A stretch of DNA of 64,000 nt, from the IMG/VR virus record IMGVR_UViG_3300010883_000016. One strand, given 5' to 3'. Positions 40,844 through 49,060 of the stretch are shown piece by piece (the first letter of the stretch is position 1; the number at the start of each line of letters is the position of its first letter). Under the pieces are notes generated by a model. It was not told the DNA's origin. It did no database searches and was given only the letters and a program-made list of their open reading frames with translations. The position numbers were made by a program, and so were the translations under genes. The DNA comes from an uncultured virus (IMG/VR IMGVR_UViG_3300010883_000016) (Duplodnaviria > Heunggongvirae > Uroviricota > Caudoviricetes).

Positions 40844-41157
40844 GCTTGATGGTCCAAAAAGATGACGATAAAACAACCAGGTGCTATAATGCTTATAATG
40901 CATGTAAGAGCTCTTGTGGCTAATAATTAATCTTTATGCTCCCCAGAGCCAATAGCCGAGGCCTAAGCCGATACCAAAGGAAACTACTTTGGTAAATGAA
41001 AAGAGAATATAATCCTCTAAAGCTCCATGCAATAGCACAAGTTCGCAGAACCTATCATATGTGGTTCCAATCAAATCTCTTGGTGTAGTCATAATTATAT
41101 CCAGCCCTCATGCTATCATGATATTATATAATAATTAGCATATAAAGTATAGCTTAA

Positions 41158-41721
41158 TTACTCAGCATCTAATATGGTGGCAACCAAATGAATACGCTCT
41201 TCTTCGCCGCCATTCATAGCAATATGATACTTTTCTGTATTCACAAAGTAGGCATAGCCATTGGCCGGTATACTAGTCGCAAAATTCTCAACAACAACCA
41301 GTGATCCGGGCGTTGTTATTATTGGAATATGAATTCTTGGCTCTGGGTCTCTATGCCAGCTCAATGAGGCTCTGGGCTTTAGCTTTAATATTCTAACTCG
41401 ACCAATTTTATAATGAGCGCAGAGCGTTTTATATACTTCGTAGTAGTAAGTATCTTTTGCTTCTTCTAAAAACTTTGTATAGATCGATTCGTCAACGTGT
41501 TCCTCTCGTTGCTCTTCAGCACCAGAAGCACTTGGCTTAGTCCAGAATATACCTCGGCCATCTTCCTCGGAACCATCGGCGGGCGTTGTTAGGCTTATGC
41601 CATAGACCGCCCCCTCTTTGTATTGAGCGGTCGCATAAATTCTGCCCAGATCTTCTTGCAGCCTTGCTATATCAAAATACAATTCATCAATGGGGTATAT
41701 ATCGTTATTATACTTTTCCAT
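41158..41721 (-). CDS. Aspartyl/asparaginyl beta-hydroxylase-like 2OG-Fe(II) oxygenase
   Basis: WHRD...RIHIPI...HIAMNGG..RIHLV. Confidence 0.8.
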   Translation of the reverse strand: MEKYNNDIYPIDELYFDIARLQEDLGRIYATAQYKEGAVYGISLTTPADGSEEDGRGIFWTKPSASGAEEQREEHVDESIYTKFLEEAKDTYYYEVYKTLCAHYKIGRVRILKLKPRASLSWHRDPEPRIHIPIITTPGSLVVVENFATSIPANGYAYFVNTEKYHIAMNGGEEERIHLVATILDAE

Positions 41722-41730
41722 TGATAATCA

Positions 41731-42462
41731 TCATGGATCGTTCGGAGGAAATCTGCCATCATGAAGGACAAACCATGCGGCGTGGGTGCTAACAACAGTT
41801 ATGCCTTGTGGCCCGCCGCCGGACAAGACAACGGTGGTGGCAGATCCACCATCTATGTGTGCTCCAAAAAAGTTAATCCCTACAGCAGTATCAACCGTCA
41901 AGTTGCTTGTGTCTGAGGAAGAATTGTTTAAAATATGATATATTCTGCCAGCAATATTATTGGAAGTTGGCAGAGTTACGCTGGTCGCGTCACTAGTTCC
42001 TGTCCAATCTATTATAAAGTGAGAGCCTGTGGCGCTAAAATCATTGGCATCATAAGAGATGTACGCTCCAGCAAAGGAGCAGTCCATCTTAAGTCCAGCA
42101 GAGCTTACGGTCAGCTTCTGATCTGAAGTATTACCCGCGGCATAGATCTGTACTTGATTCTGCTCAAGCTTGATTTTTGTAGTGGTACCATTATCAGTTG
42201 CTCGTCTAATCTTGTCGGCATACAGAGAGTTAGAGACTTTGATGTTTCCAGTAACGTCTAGCTTTTCGGTCGGACCTGATGTTCCAACGCCAACATTTCC
42301 AGCGTTATCAATAATCATTCGTTCCGCACCATCAGTATCGAATCTTATCTTATTTTCATTAGGAGATTTCTCTACCTGCACCCTGGTATTATTGTCAGCA
42401 TCCTGCAGGGTATCTTCGTTTACTTGGCCTGGGCCAGCTACAGTTCTTGGCATCGTTATCAC
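41731..42462 (-). CDS. Tail-fibre-like protein
   Basis: DADNNTRVQVE, ERMIIDNAGNVGVGT..P..KLDV fibre motif. Confidence 0.7.
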   Translation of the reverse strand: MITMPRTVAGPGQVNEDTLQDADNNTRVQVEKSPNENKIRFDTDGAERMIIDNAGNVGVGTSGPTEKLDVTGNIKVSNSLYADKIRRATDNGTTTKIKLEQNQVQIYAAGNTSDQKLTVSSAGLKMDCSFAGAYISYDANDFSATGSHFIIDWTGTSDATSVTLPTSNNIAGRIYHILNNSSSDTSNLTVDTAVGINFFGAHIDGGSATTVVLSGGGPQGITVVSTHAAWFVLHDGRFPPNDP

Positions 42463-42727
42463 TCCCTAATGATTCAACATATTATTCTATATTAGTAACT
42501 ATATTGCATAGCAATTTAGTCATATAAAACGTTATGATTTTTGGCCATTTGAAGATTTGGCCTATTTCATGTAAATTTAGCCATAAACTAGATATATAAA
42601 TAATAATGATTATCATCATTATTTTAACTATACATTTTTATGTATAAAACCACAACCTCCCTCCAATATTCATTTTATAAGCACTTTTTTCATTGATTAT
42701 CAACGTTATTTTCACTATTTATATGTA

Positions 42728-42765
42728 AAGGTGGTAATAAATGGGGCATAGTGGATCAAAGTGGA
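42728..42765 (+). promoter_or_regulatory. 10-bp-phased GTGG direct repeats (MraZ-operator-like)
   Basis: GTGG/ATGG at 42731, 42741, 42751, 42761. Confidence 0.45.
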
Positions 42766-42806
42766 TTAAATAGACTAATATTTTTAGTTAGTTTTAAGGA
42801 AGAATC

Positions 42807-43475
42807 ATGGATAGAAATGCCCGAACAAAGAAGCTAAGATTATTATCTCTGAAAAGGATTAATAAAATGGCAAATAATCAAGAGGGTAAAAAGAATGAAC
42901 AGGATCTTCTGCAGCTAGAAGAAAAAAGAAGAATCTTTGAGGCACTACCTCATAAGAAAAAATATGAGGCTATTCTTAAAGCCCGCCGCAAAGGGGAGCC
43001 TGTGTATGATTGGATGAAGCTTCCGTATTGGAATACCACTACCGATGAACAAAGCGTAGCCCTTATTAAGGAGATTGCGACAACATTTGATTTTGAAACT
43101 TGCGAGATCACGTCCTTCAACCCAAATGACATTTTAAATGAGGCGGCTACAATATTCTGCAAATTCTATCAAAATACATATGCTAATGAAGATAGGGCAA
43201 CAAGAACTGTGCATGATGTATTCAATACGCTGGATATTTTGCAGAATAGCGACCATCCTTGTCGTGGCGCGGGAAATAAGACGTACGGCAAATACGGCAG
43301 GAGCGGTTTAGATTTATGGTTATTGGATCTTATAGGGATTGTTTCTGACTGGCAGGATGAAATATCAGAACAGTGGGTTTTGGATGACCCAGACATGACC
43401 CCAGAGCAAAAGGCAGAGGCCTTAAGACAACTTCAAAATAGGGATAGCTCAATTCCTATATGCAATATAGTATGA
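42807..43475 (+). CDS. Second-leader-family protein
   Basis: MDRNARTKKLRLLSLKRINKMA. Confidence 0.75.
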   Translation: MDRNARTKKLRLLSLKRINKMANNQEGKKNEQDLLQLEEKRRIFEALPHKKKYEAILKARRKGEPVYDWMKLPYWNTTTDEQSVALIKEIATTFDFETCEITSFNPNDILNEAATIFCKFYQNTYANEDRATRTVHDVFNTLDILQNSDHPCRGAGNKTYGKYGRSGLDLWLLDLIGIVSDWQDEISEQWVLDDPDMTPEQKAEALRQLQNRDSSIPICNIV

Positions 43476-43483
43476 GAGAACCA

Positions 43484-43960
43484 ATGAATAAAGAATCACG
43501 AACCAGAAAGCTAAGATTATTATCCCTGAATAAAATTAATAAATCAGCAGGGGCAGGCGAATATAGCAGCGAAGTTATTGCGGACATAATAATAAGCGTT
43601 AGAACAACATTCGCAGACTGCAAGTTTATAGAGGGATTCTTTCACACAAATAAGAAAAGATGGTTTAAGTGGCTGAGGAATAAAGCGCAAGAAGAAAAGC
43701 CAGATATGGCAGATCACATAAAGAAGGATGTAGAGATTATTTATTGCGCCTTAGAGGAACATAGAGTTGATGGTGGGTTTAAGAACTATAAGTACACATA
43801 TGTAGATATGAAAAACGGACTAAGATATATCGCAAGGAATCCGGGTTGCACGACAGCCTCAGGCAATCCATTCAATGCCACAGAAAAAGAATGGGCGGAA
43901 ATAATGCTGGCTTTCTCGCCAAACTCCCCGGGTCAGAAGTGCCTGCCTAATGACGAATAA
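43484..43960 (+). CDS. Second-leader-family protein
   Basis: MNKESRTRKLRLLSLNKINKSA. Confidence 0.75.
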   Translation: MNKESRTRKLRLLSLNKINKSAGAGEYSSEVIADIIISVRTTFADCKFIEGFFHTNKKRWFKWLRNKAQEEKPDMADHIKKDVEIIYCALEEHRVDGGFKNYKYTYVDMKNGLRYIARNPGCTTASGNPFNATEKEWAEIMLAFSPNSPGQKCLPNDE

Positions 43961-44057
43961 ACAATCCCGAGTTAGAAGACTAAGGTTATTATCTATAAAA
44001 AGGATAAATAAATTGGCCCAGGTCAAATACGATGTGGGCATTGACGTGAGCACATAG
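43950..44057 (+). CDS. Second-leader-family micro-ORF or remnant (35 aa, not in ORF track)
   Basis: MTNKQSRVRRLRLLSIKRINKLAQVKYDVGIDVST. Confidence 0.6.
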   Translation: MTNKQSRVRRLRLLSIKRINKLAQVKYDVGIDVST

Positions 44058-44515
44058 TTTAAATAAAATAAATATTGCGGGGATTTATCTGATAAGGATA
44101 AGAGATAAACTATAAGAGTTTTCCCGTAAGTACAGTAAGCAATAAAAGCATTTATCCTATAGGAAAGAATAACATATTCCCTATAGCCAATAAAACAACT
44201 TTTATATATATCCCTATACAGACTATAAATAATTTATATAGTTATTATACAGTAGGACACCATTTCTGTAGAAATTACTTATTTCCTATGGAAATTACAG
44301 AGAACTATAGAAATAAAGTTAAAAAACGGCCGGTGACGGAGGGCGCGCCGGCGGATTCATCTTTACCGCGCTATGGTAGTGTATAAGCATAGTAACCCTG
44401 GCCCTGCGGTGATGAGGGGGCCGGTGGTTACTGCTTTGTTTCTTCGTGCTTTGTAAGATTTATCTTTTGCATGGCATACTTCTGCGACAATAAAACAATA
44501 AACAAAGGTGTTGTT

Positions 44516-45562
44516 ATGGGTATCAAGATGTTTTCTGGTGGCCTCACTCTGAGTCCTACCCTTCCTGAGCATCCCAACGGTGAAGCGTTGGGCGTTTCTG
44601 GTGCTGGTGCCGTCAATAATAGCTGGCGGTTCTCCCGAGTCACCTCGGATGCCGTGATCGGTACTACGGTGCAGCCACTTGTCAAGGGCAGCAAGGGTCA
44701 CTTGCACCTTGGCGAGTCTGAGATCACTGGCTACCTCGCTGGTGTGCATGGCGGTCAAGGTCTTATCGGCCTCAAGATCCGCGATAGTGCTGGCCGGCTC
44801 CACACTATCACCGAAATCGTTGGTGATGACGATGTGACTCGTGAACAGTGCGACGAATGTCTTGGTAGCTTCTTCCCGCAGTACCACGCCAACGATCCGA
44901 TGCGCGTCATCGTTCGTTCGTCCGGCAAGTCTGGCGAGGGTACCGGTCACATCGTGGATATCCACGGACGCGAGGCAAAGGCGGGCGCTGGCGTCCCCGC
45001 TGGCGACCTGTGGGTTCGCACGGATCTCGGTGGATGGTTCGTGATTCAAATCAAGGTGCTGAGTCGGAACCGCAAGAACGAGTCCGGACGGTTCGGAACG
45101 AATGGCGAGCAGATTGTCGAGTCGGTGAACAGTGGACGTGAGATCATTCTCATGCTCGCACGTCGCGACGATCACGGTCAAATGACGGTTCGCTTCCTGA
45201 ACGCTGGCGCTATCATGCGGAAGCAAGTAGAGAAGGGAATCGAGATTGAGGGACCGGCTGGCGTCCCCATGTACAAGGGTGAGCCGCTCAGCTACAAGCT
45301 GCACGGCGATGACATGACGGGCAAAGAGGTACGTAGCGGCGGCAAGGTTGCACATGGCACCCAGCCCTTCTATCTCAAGTATGCACGCGGCGGCACCGCG
45401 ACAATGAAGTACACGCCGCGCATGCCCTTGTACTTCAGCGGAGCGGCTATCGACCGATTCCTGGTCACCTTGTCAAAGGACGAGCGTGCGGAGTTGGATT
45501 CTGGTTGGCAGGCATTCTCTCCCAACCTTCTGCCCGCATGGGCTGGCTCCTGCATCTACTAA
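44516..45562 (+). CDS. Hypothetical protein, first gene of the GC-rich region
   Basis: AAGGTG RBS; C-ending codon bias; hairpin over the stop codon. Confidence 0.75.
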   Translation: MGIKMFSGGLTLSPTLPEHPNGEALGVSGAGAVNNSWRFSRVTSDAVIGTTVQPLVKGSKGHLHLGESEITGYLAGVHGGQGLIGLKIRDSAGRLHTITEIVGDDDVTREQCDECLGSFFPQYHANDPMRVIVRSSGKSGEGTGHIVDIHGREAKAGAGVPAGDLWVRTDLGGWFVIQIKVLSRNRKNESGRFGTNGEQIVESVNSGREIILMLARRDDHGQMTVRFLNAGAIMRKQVEKGIEIEGPAGVPMYKGEPLSYKLHGDDMTGKEVRSGGKVAHGTQPFYLKYARGGTATMKYTPRMPLYFSGAAIDRFLVTLSKDERAELDSGWQAFSPNLLPAWAGSCIY

Positions 45563-45586
45563 GATGCAGGGGCTACCCGCCCACAC

Positions 45587-45682
45587 ACCGATTCGACCCG
45601 GAAGGGTCGAAACCTCCGCACAAGAGTGCGGGGGTCGGGAGTTGATACCACTCCCCTGATGAATCCTCACGGATGAATCGGT
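45587..45682 (+). ncRNA. Hammerhead ribozyme-like element (type II order), atypical stem II
   Basis: GAAA - stem III hairpin - GUC - stem I hairpin - CUGAUGA. Confidence 0.6.
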
Positions 45683-45705
45683 CACACGAATAACGGAATA
45701 GACAC

Positions 45706-46155
45706 ATGCTTGACGCGCTTGAGCGATACCAGCCGATGACGATAGAGATCGCAAGGCTTCACAAGATTAGGGCCGTGCGTGAGTTTCAAAAGCTCGACCA
45801 TAGGCTTAGCGATGGCACGCAGATCGAGCCAACCACTACCACGTCCATGGAGATCGTGCTTGCGGCACAGGAGCGCGGAGTCCTGGAGCCCTGGGCAATT
45901 TGGGAGAAGGACTGCAGCCGCAAGTGCTACCACTCCCGCGCAGAGGTTGATGCAGAGCGCAAGCTCAGGGCTGTTCGGTTCGCGCACTTCTGCCAAATGG
46001 ATGGGCACAGCGGATCACAGGAAGAGACGAGCAGCTGCGATCTCTGCGGAGGCAAGGGCGTGCTCGGCACAATGCACTACGCGCCTGACGCAATGTGCTA
46101 TCCGGCGGCCATACTGTTCGACTGCTACACATGCAGGCCGAAGGTGCAGCTGTGA
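45706..46155 (+). CDS. Hypothetical protein with C-terminal Zn finger
   Basis: CDLCGGKG...CYTC. Confidence 0.6.
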   Translation: MLDALERYQPMTIEIARLHKIRAVREFQKLDHRLSDGTQIEPTTTTSMEIVLAAQERGVLEPWAIWEKDCSRKCYHSRAEVDAERKLRAVRFAHFCQMDGHSGSQEETSSCDLCGGKGVLGTMHYAPDAMCYPAAILFDCYTCRPKVQL

Positions 46156-46273
46156 TGGAGGATGATGAGAGGCAGGGCCTCACCTGTGGGGATATGGTTT
46201 TGGTGACATACTTTCTGTATCTCATTGGAGGCTACCTCTTCATTTACTTGAGCCAGTAGCGAGGGGTGCTAGG

Positions 46274-46340
46274 CTCTCACCTGAGACATACAACCGCATG
46301 GGCGATTCGCTGCCCGGTTGTATGTCGCTGATGGTGGGAG
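46274..46340 (+). ncRNA. Hairpin with box C/D-type k-turn
   Basis: CC-UGA-GAC / GUC-GCU-GAU-GG between two long helices. Confidence 0.55.
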
Positions 46341-46371
46341 GCGCTCAAACCCAAAAGCCTGGAGGCTATCC

Positions 46372-46623
46372 ATGCGGACAATCCTGTCTGTTCTTCTACT
46401 CGTCTCGGTCTACTTGCTCGTAGCCATGGGGCCAGCAATCGTGACCATGTGTGCCAACTATCTCATCGATCCGTCCACCATCTGGGTGTGCATCGCTGAG
46501 GGCTGGCTGTCTGCAAACGGTGTGCCATACGCTCCGCTTGCATTAGTCACTAGCTACAGCCTGGTCGTCTTCTATCCTGCGATCAGGTTTTCACTGTTCA
46601 CGTGCGGCCCGCTCTTTCGATAG
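46372..46623 (+). CDS. Small membrane protein
   Basis: GGAGG RBS; hydrophobic. Confidence 0.55.
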   Translation: MRTILSVLLLVSVYLLVAMGPAIVTMCANYLIDPSTIWVCIAEGWLSANGVPYAPLALVTSYSLVVFYPAIRFSLFTCGPLFR

Positions 46624-46656
46624 TCAGACTGCAGCGCGTGATCATCAATGGCGCAG

Positions 46657-46680
46657 AGCTCCCCTCTTCGGAGGGGGGCT
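46657..46680 (+). terminator. GC hairpin, TTCG loop
   Basis: AGCTCCCCTC-TTCG-GAGGGGGGCT then TTGTT. Confidence 0.75.
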
Positions 46681-46684
46681 TTGT

Positions 46685-46738
46685 TGTCGCATTTTGCGAC
46701 AATATATTCATTTCACATATTTGTTTTTCATATGCTAT
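46685..46738 (+). promoter_or_regulatory. Cassette promoter element 1
   Basis: TGTCGCA-ttt-TGCGACAATA...CATATTTGTTTTT...TGCTAT (38-nt offset). Confidence 0.8.
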
Positions 46739-46788
46739 TGTATGGTGCAGATGAACTGCACACAAACACTTGTCCAAGGAGACAAACA

Positions 46789-47394
46789 ATGACTGCTATT
46801 ACCAACAACTTCGAGATGCTAGGATTCTGCCTCTCGAATACATTCGATCCTGCTCGTTCGGGCACCACCATCACGGGAGTCACTGCTGAGGATTTCATGA
46901 CTCAGATCAATCAGCGGGCGAGCCTTGAGCTTGGCACCGTCGAGGTCTCTGATGAGTACCCCGAGATCTGCCGTCACTTCTTCGTCAAGAATGACTTCAC
47001 GACCACCCTCCAGGGAGTCGTTAAGGTTTCCGATGACACTCCGGTTGTCAGCGAGATGGTGACCCGTGGCGGTCGAGAGGACATCGAGGAGGCCTACAAG
47101 GCTCACTGGGTGAAGGCTGAGAGCGTCGAGGTCCCCAAGGCAGAGTTCCTCGATGTCATTCTGTATTCGCGTGAGCATCTTCGGGACGAGGGCATCGTCA
47201 TCGACGGAGACTGGGGTGTCGTTACGGTCCTCGGAGTGCCATCTTGCGAGCAGACTCCGCCGACTCGCGTGACGCTTGAGCGCAACAGCGCAGGCACGGA
47301 CGCTGGCGGAAATGGCATTGAGGTTGCGGCCTCCATGCTCTCCAAGTCTGACGCCTACTGGTATCCGACTGGAACGTGGATCAACGTCAAGTAG
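46789..47394 (+). CDS. DUF3228-like protein
   Basis: CRHFFVKN, FLDVILYSREHL, TLERN..G..GGNG, YW pattern. Confidence 0.65.
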   Translation: MTAITNNFEMLGFCLSNTFDPARSGTTITGVTAEDFMTQINQRASLELGTVEVSDEYPEICRHFFVKNDFTTTLQGVVKVSDDTPVVSEMVTRGGREDIEEAYKAHWVKAESVEVPKAEFLDVILYSREHLRDEGIVIDGDWGVVTVLGVPSCEQTPPTRVTLERNSAGTDAGGNGIEVAASMLSKSDAYWYPTGTWINVK

Positions 47395-47414
47395 GTCTCG
47401 CGTGCGTGTTGATT

Positions 47415-47441
47415 GGTGGCGTCCTTCGGGGCGCTGCCTTT
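47415..47441 (+). terminator. GC hairpin, TTCG loop
   Basis: GGTGGCGTCC-TTCG-GGGCGCTGCC-TTT. Confidence 0.7.
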
Positions 47442-47454
47442 CATCAGCTTTTGA

Positions 47455-47524
47455 TGTCGCATTTGCGACAATATATTTTTTGCGACAATATATTCATTTC
47501 ACATATTTGTTTTTTGCATGCTAT
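47455..47524 (+). promoter_or_regulatory. Cassette promoter element 2
   Basis: Inverted box plus two direct boxes; TGCTAT at 47519. Confidence 0.8.
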
Positions 47525-47566
47525 CTCAAGGTGGCAATCAAGCCAACCTACCTTGGAGTCTTTCAC

Positions 47567-48901
47567 ATGAAAGCAACTATCCTTGCCCTTCCTATGAAGG
47601 GTGATTACGCTCGTTGGGGCGCACCGGAGGCTCTTCGCGAGTTTCTCCAGAACGCACGTGATGCTCACACCGATGGACATGCTATGTCTGTCAGTTTTGA
47701 CGATGACACTGATACCATGGTCATCTTCAATGATGGATCTACCATCAGCCGAGAGGCCGGACTTGTTCTCGGCTCGACTACGAAGCGCGATGATGCTTCG
47801 AAGATCGGCTACTGGGGCGAGGGTGGCAAGCTGGCCGCCGGAACCCTGATCTCTCTCGGAATGACCACCGAGATCAACAATGGGCTCGGTGAGCTTTGGA
47901 CTTTTCGTCTGGAGCACAACGATGACTTTGGCACCGAGATGCTTCATGTTCATATCGTGGACACGGATGTTCGTGATGGAGTTCGGATCAAGATCGCCGG
48001 TCTTGACAAGGCTGACTATGCGATTGCAGTCGAGCGTTGTCGTTGGCTGAACGATGATGCGGCCGCCGATGTGTACGCCTCATCGCTGAAGGGTTCGATG
48101 CTGAAGGGTGAGGCTAACGCTGGCAAGCTCTTTGTGAAAGGCATATGGGTGTGTGAGCTTCCCGATGGCCCATGGACTTTCGGATATGATTTGAACGATA
48201 TCAATCTGGACCGTGACCGTCGCATCGCTGACCCATGGACGCTCAAGCGCAAGATTCGAGAAGTGATTTCTTGCGCCGCATCTGACGGAACGCTCTCTGC
48301 TGATGAGCTTTGGCACATCTTCAAGGGCGAGTCTGCTGAAGCTCAGAGCTTCAACAACCCGTACATTGATTCGAACGCGGTTCACGATGCGGTCTTCGCT
48401 TCATTCGTCAGCGAGCATGGTGAGGATGCCCGTCCGGTGTCCACTGGCGCGGAGCTTGAGAAGGCTCGGCAGTGTGGCCTCAAGCCAATCGTTGTCACTC
48501 CCGCACAGAAAGTTGTGCTTGAGGCGAAGATGGGCAAGCTCTCGGATGCACTTGCTGAACGCTCCTTCGCTGTTCAGGAATACTTGAGTGAGGACGATCT
48601 CGATGAGATTGAGCTGAAGAACCTGAATCTTGTGAAGAAGCTCATCCGCATGGTCGAGCCTTGGGCCGCAGAGGTTGTCCGGCCTGTGAGCTTCTACGGA
48701 AGCAACATTCTCGGACGCTACTCGATGGACAGTGAGGGTGATGTGACGATTCAGATGAGTTGCACAAGCCTCATGAAGAAGAGTCGGGCGATCTCTACGC
48801 TCGTTCACGAGGCTGCTCACAAGTACGGTGATGACGGTACTGCTGAGCACCGGGCTGCTGAGGAACGCATCTTCGGTGATATCATCGCGGAGCTGATTTG
48901 A
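47567..48901 (+). CDS. GHKL (HATPase_c-like) ATPase with C-terminal HExxH domain
   Basis: REFLQNARDA, FNDG, IGYWGEGGK; LVHEAAH. Confidence 0.75.
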   Translation: MKATILALPMKGDYARWGAPEALREFLQNARDAHTDGHAMSVSFDDDTDTMVIFNDGSTISREAGLVLGSTTKRDDASKIGYWGEGGKLAAGTLISLGMTTEINNGLGELWTFRLEHNDDFGTEMLHVHIVDTDVRDGVRIKIAGLDKADYAIAVERCRWLNDDAAADVYASSLKGSMLKGEANAGKLFVKGIWVCELPDGPWTFGYDLNDINLDRDRRIADPWTLKRKIREVISCAASDGTLSADELWHIFKGESAEAQSFNNPYIDSNAVHDAVFASFVSEHGEDARPVSTGAELEKARQCGLKPIVVTPAQKVVLEAKMGKLSDALAERSFAVQEYLSEDDLDEIELKNLNLVKKLIRMVEPWAAEVVRPVSFYGSNILGRYSMDSEGDVTIQMSCTSLMKKSRAISTLVHEAAHKYGDDGTAEHRAAEERIFGDIIAELI

Positions 48902-48912
48902 GCTAACCCGTG

Positions 48913-48936
48913 GCGGGGTCCCTTCGGGGACCCCGC
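48913..48936 (+). terminator. GC hairpin, TTCG loop
   Basis: GCGGGGTCCC-TTCG-GGGACCCCGC (no T-tract). Confidence 0.6.
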
Positions 48937-48951
48937 TGCACCCATACATAC

Positions 48952-49028
48952 TGTCGCATTTTGCGACAATATATTATATAGATGTGCGACAATATATATA
49001 TTCTACATATTTGTTTTTCATATAGTAT
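48952..49028 (+). promoter_or_regulatory. Cassette promoter element 3
   Basis: Boxes at 48952/48962/48985; TAGTAT at 49023. Confidence 0.8.
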
Positions 49029-49060
49029 GTTGTTATGAACCCAAAAGCATGGAGGTATTC

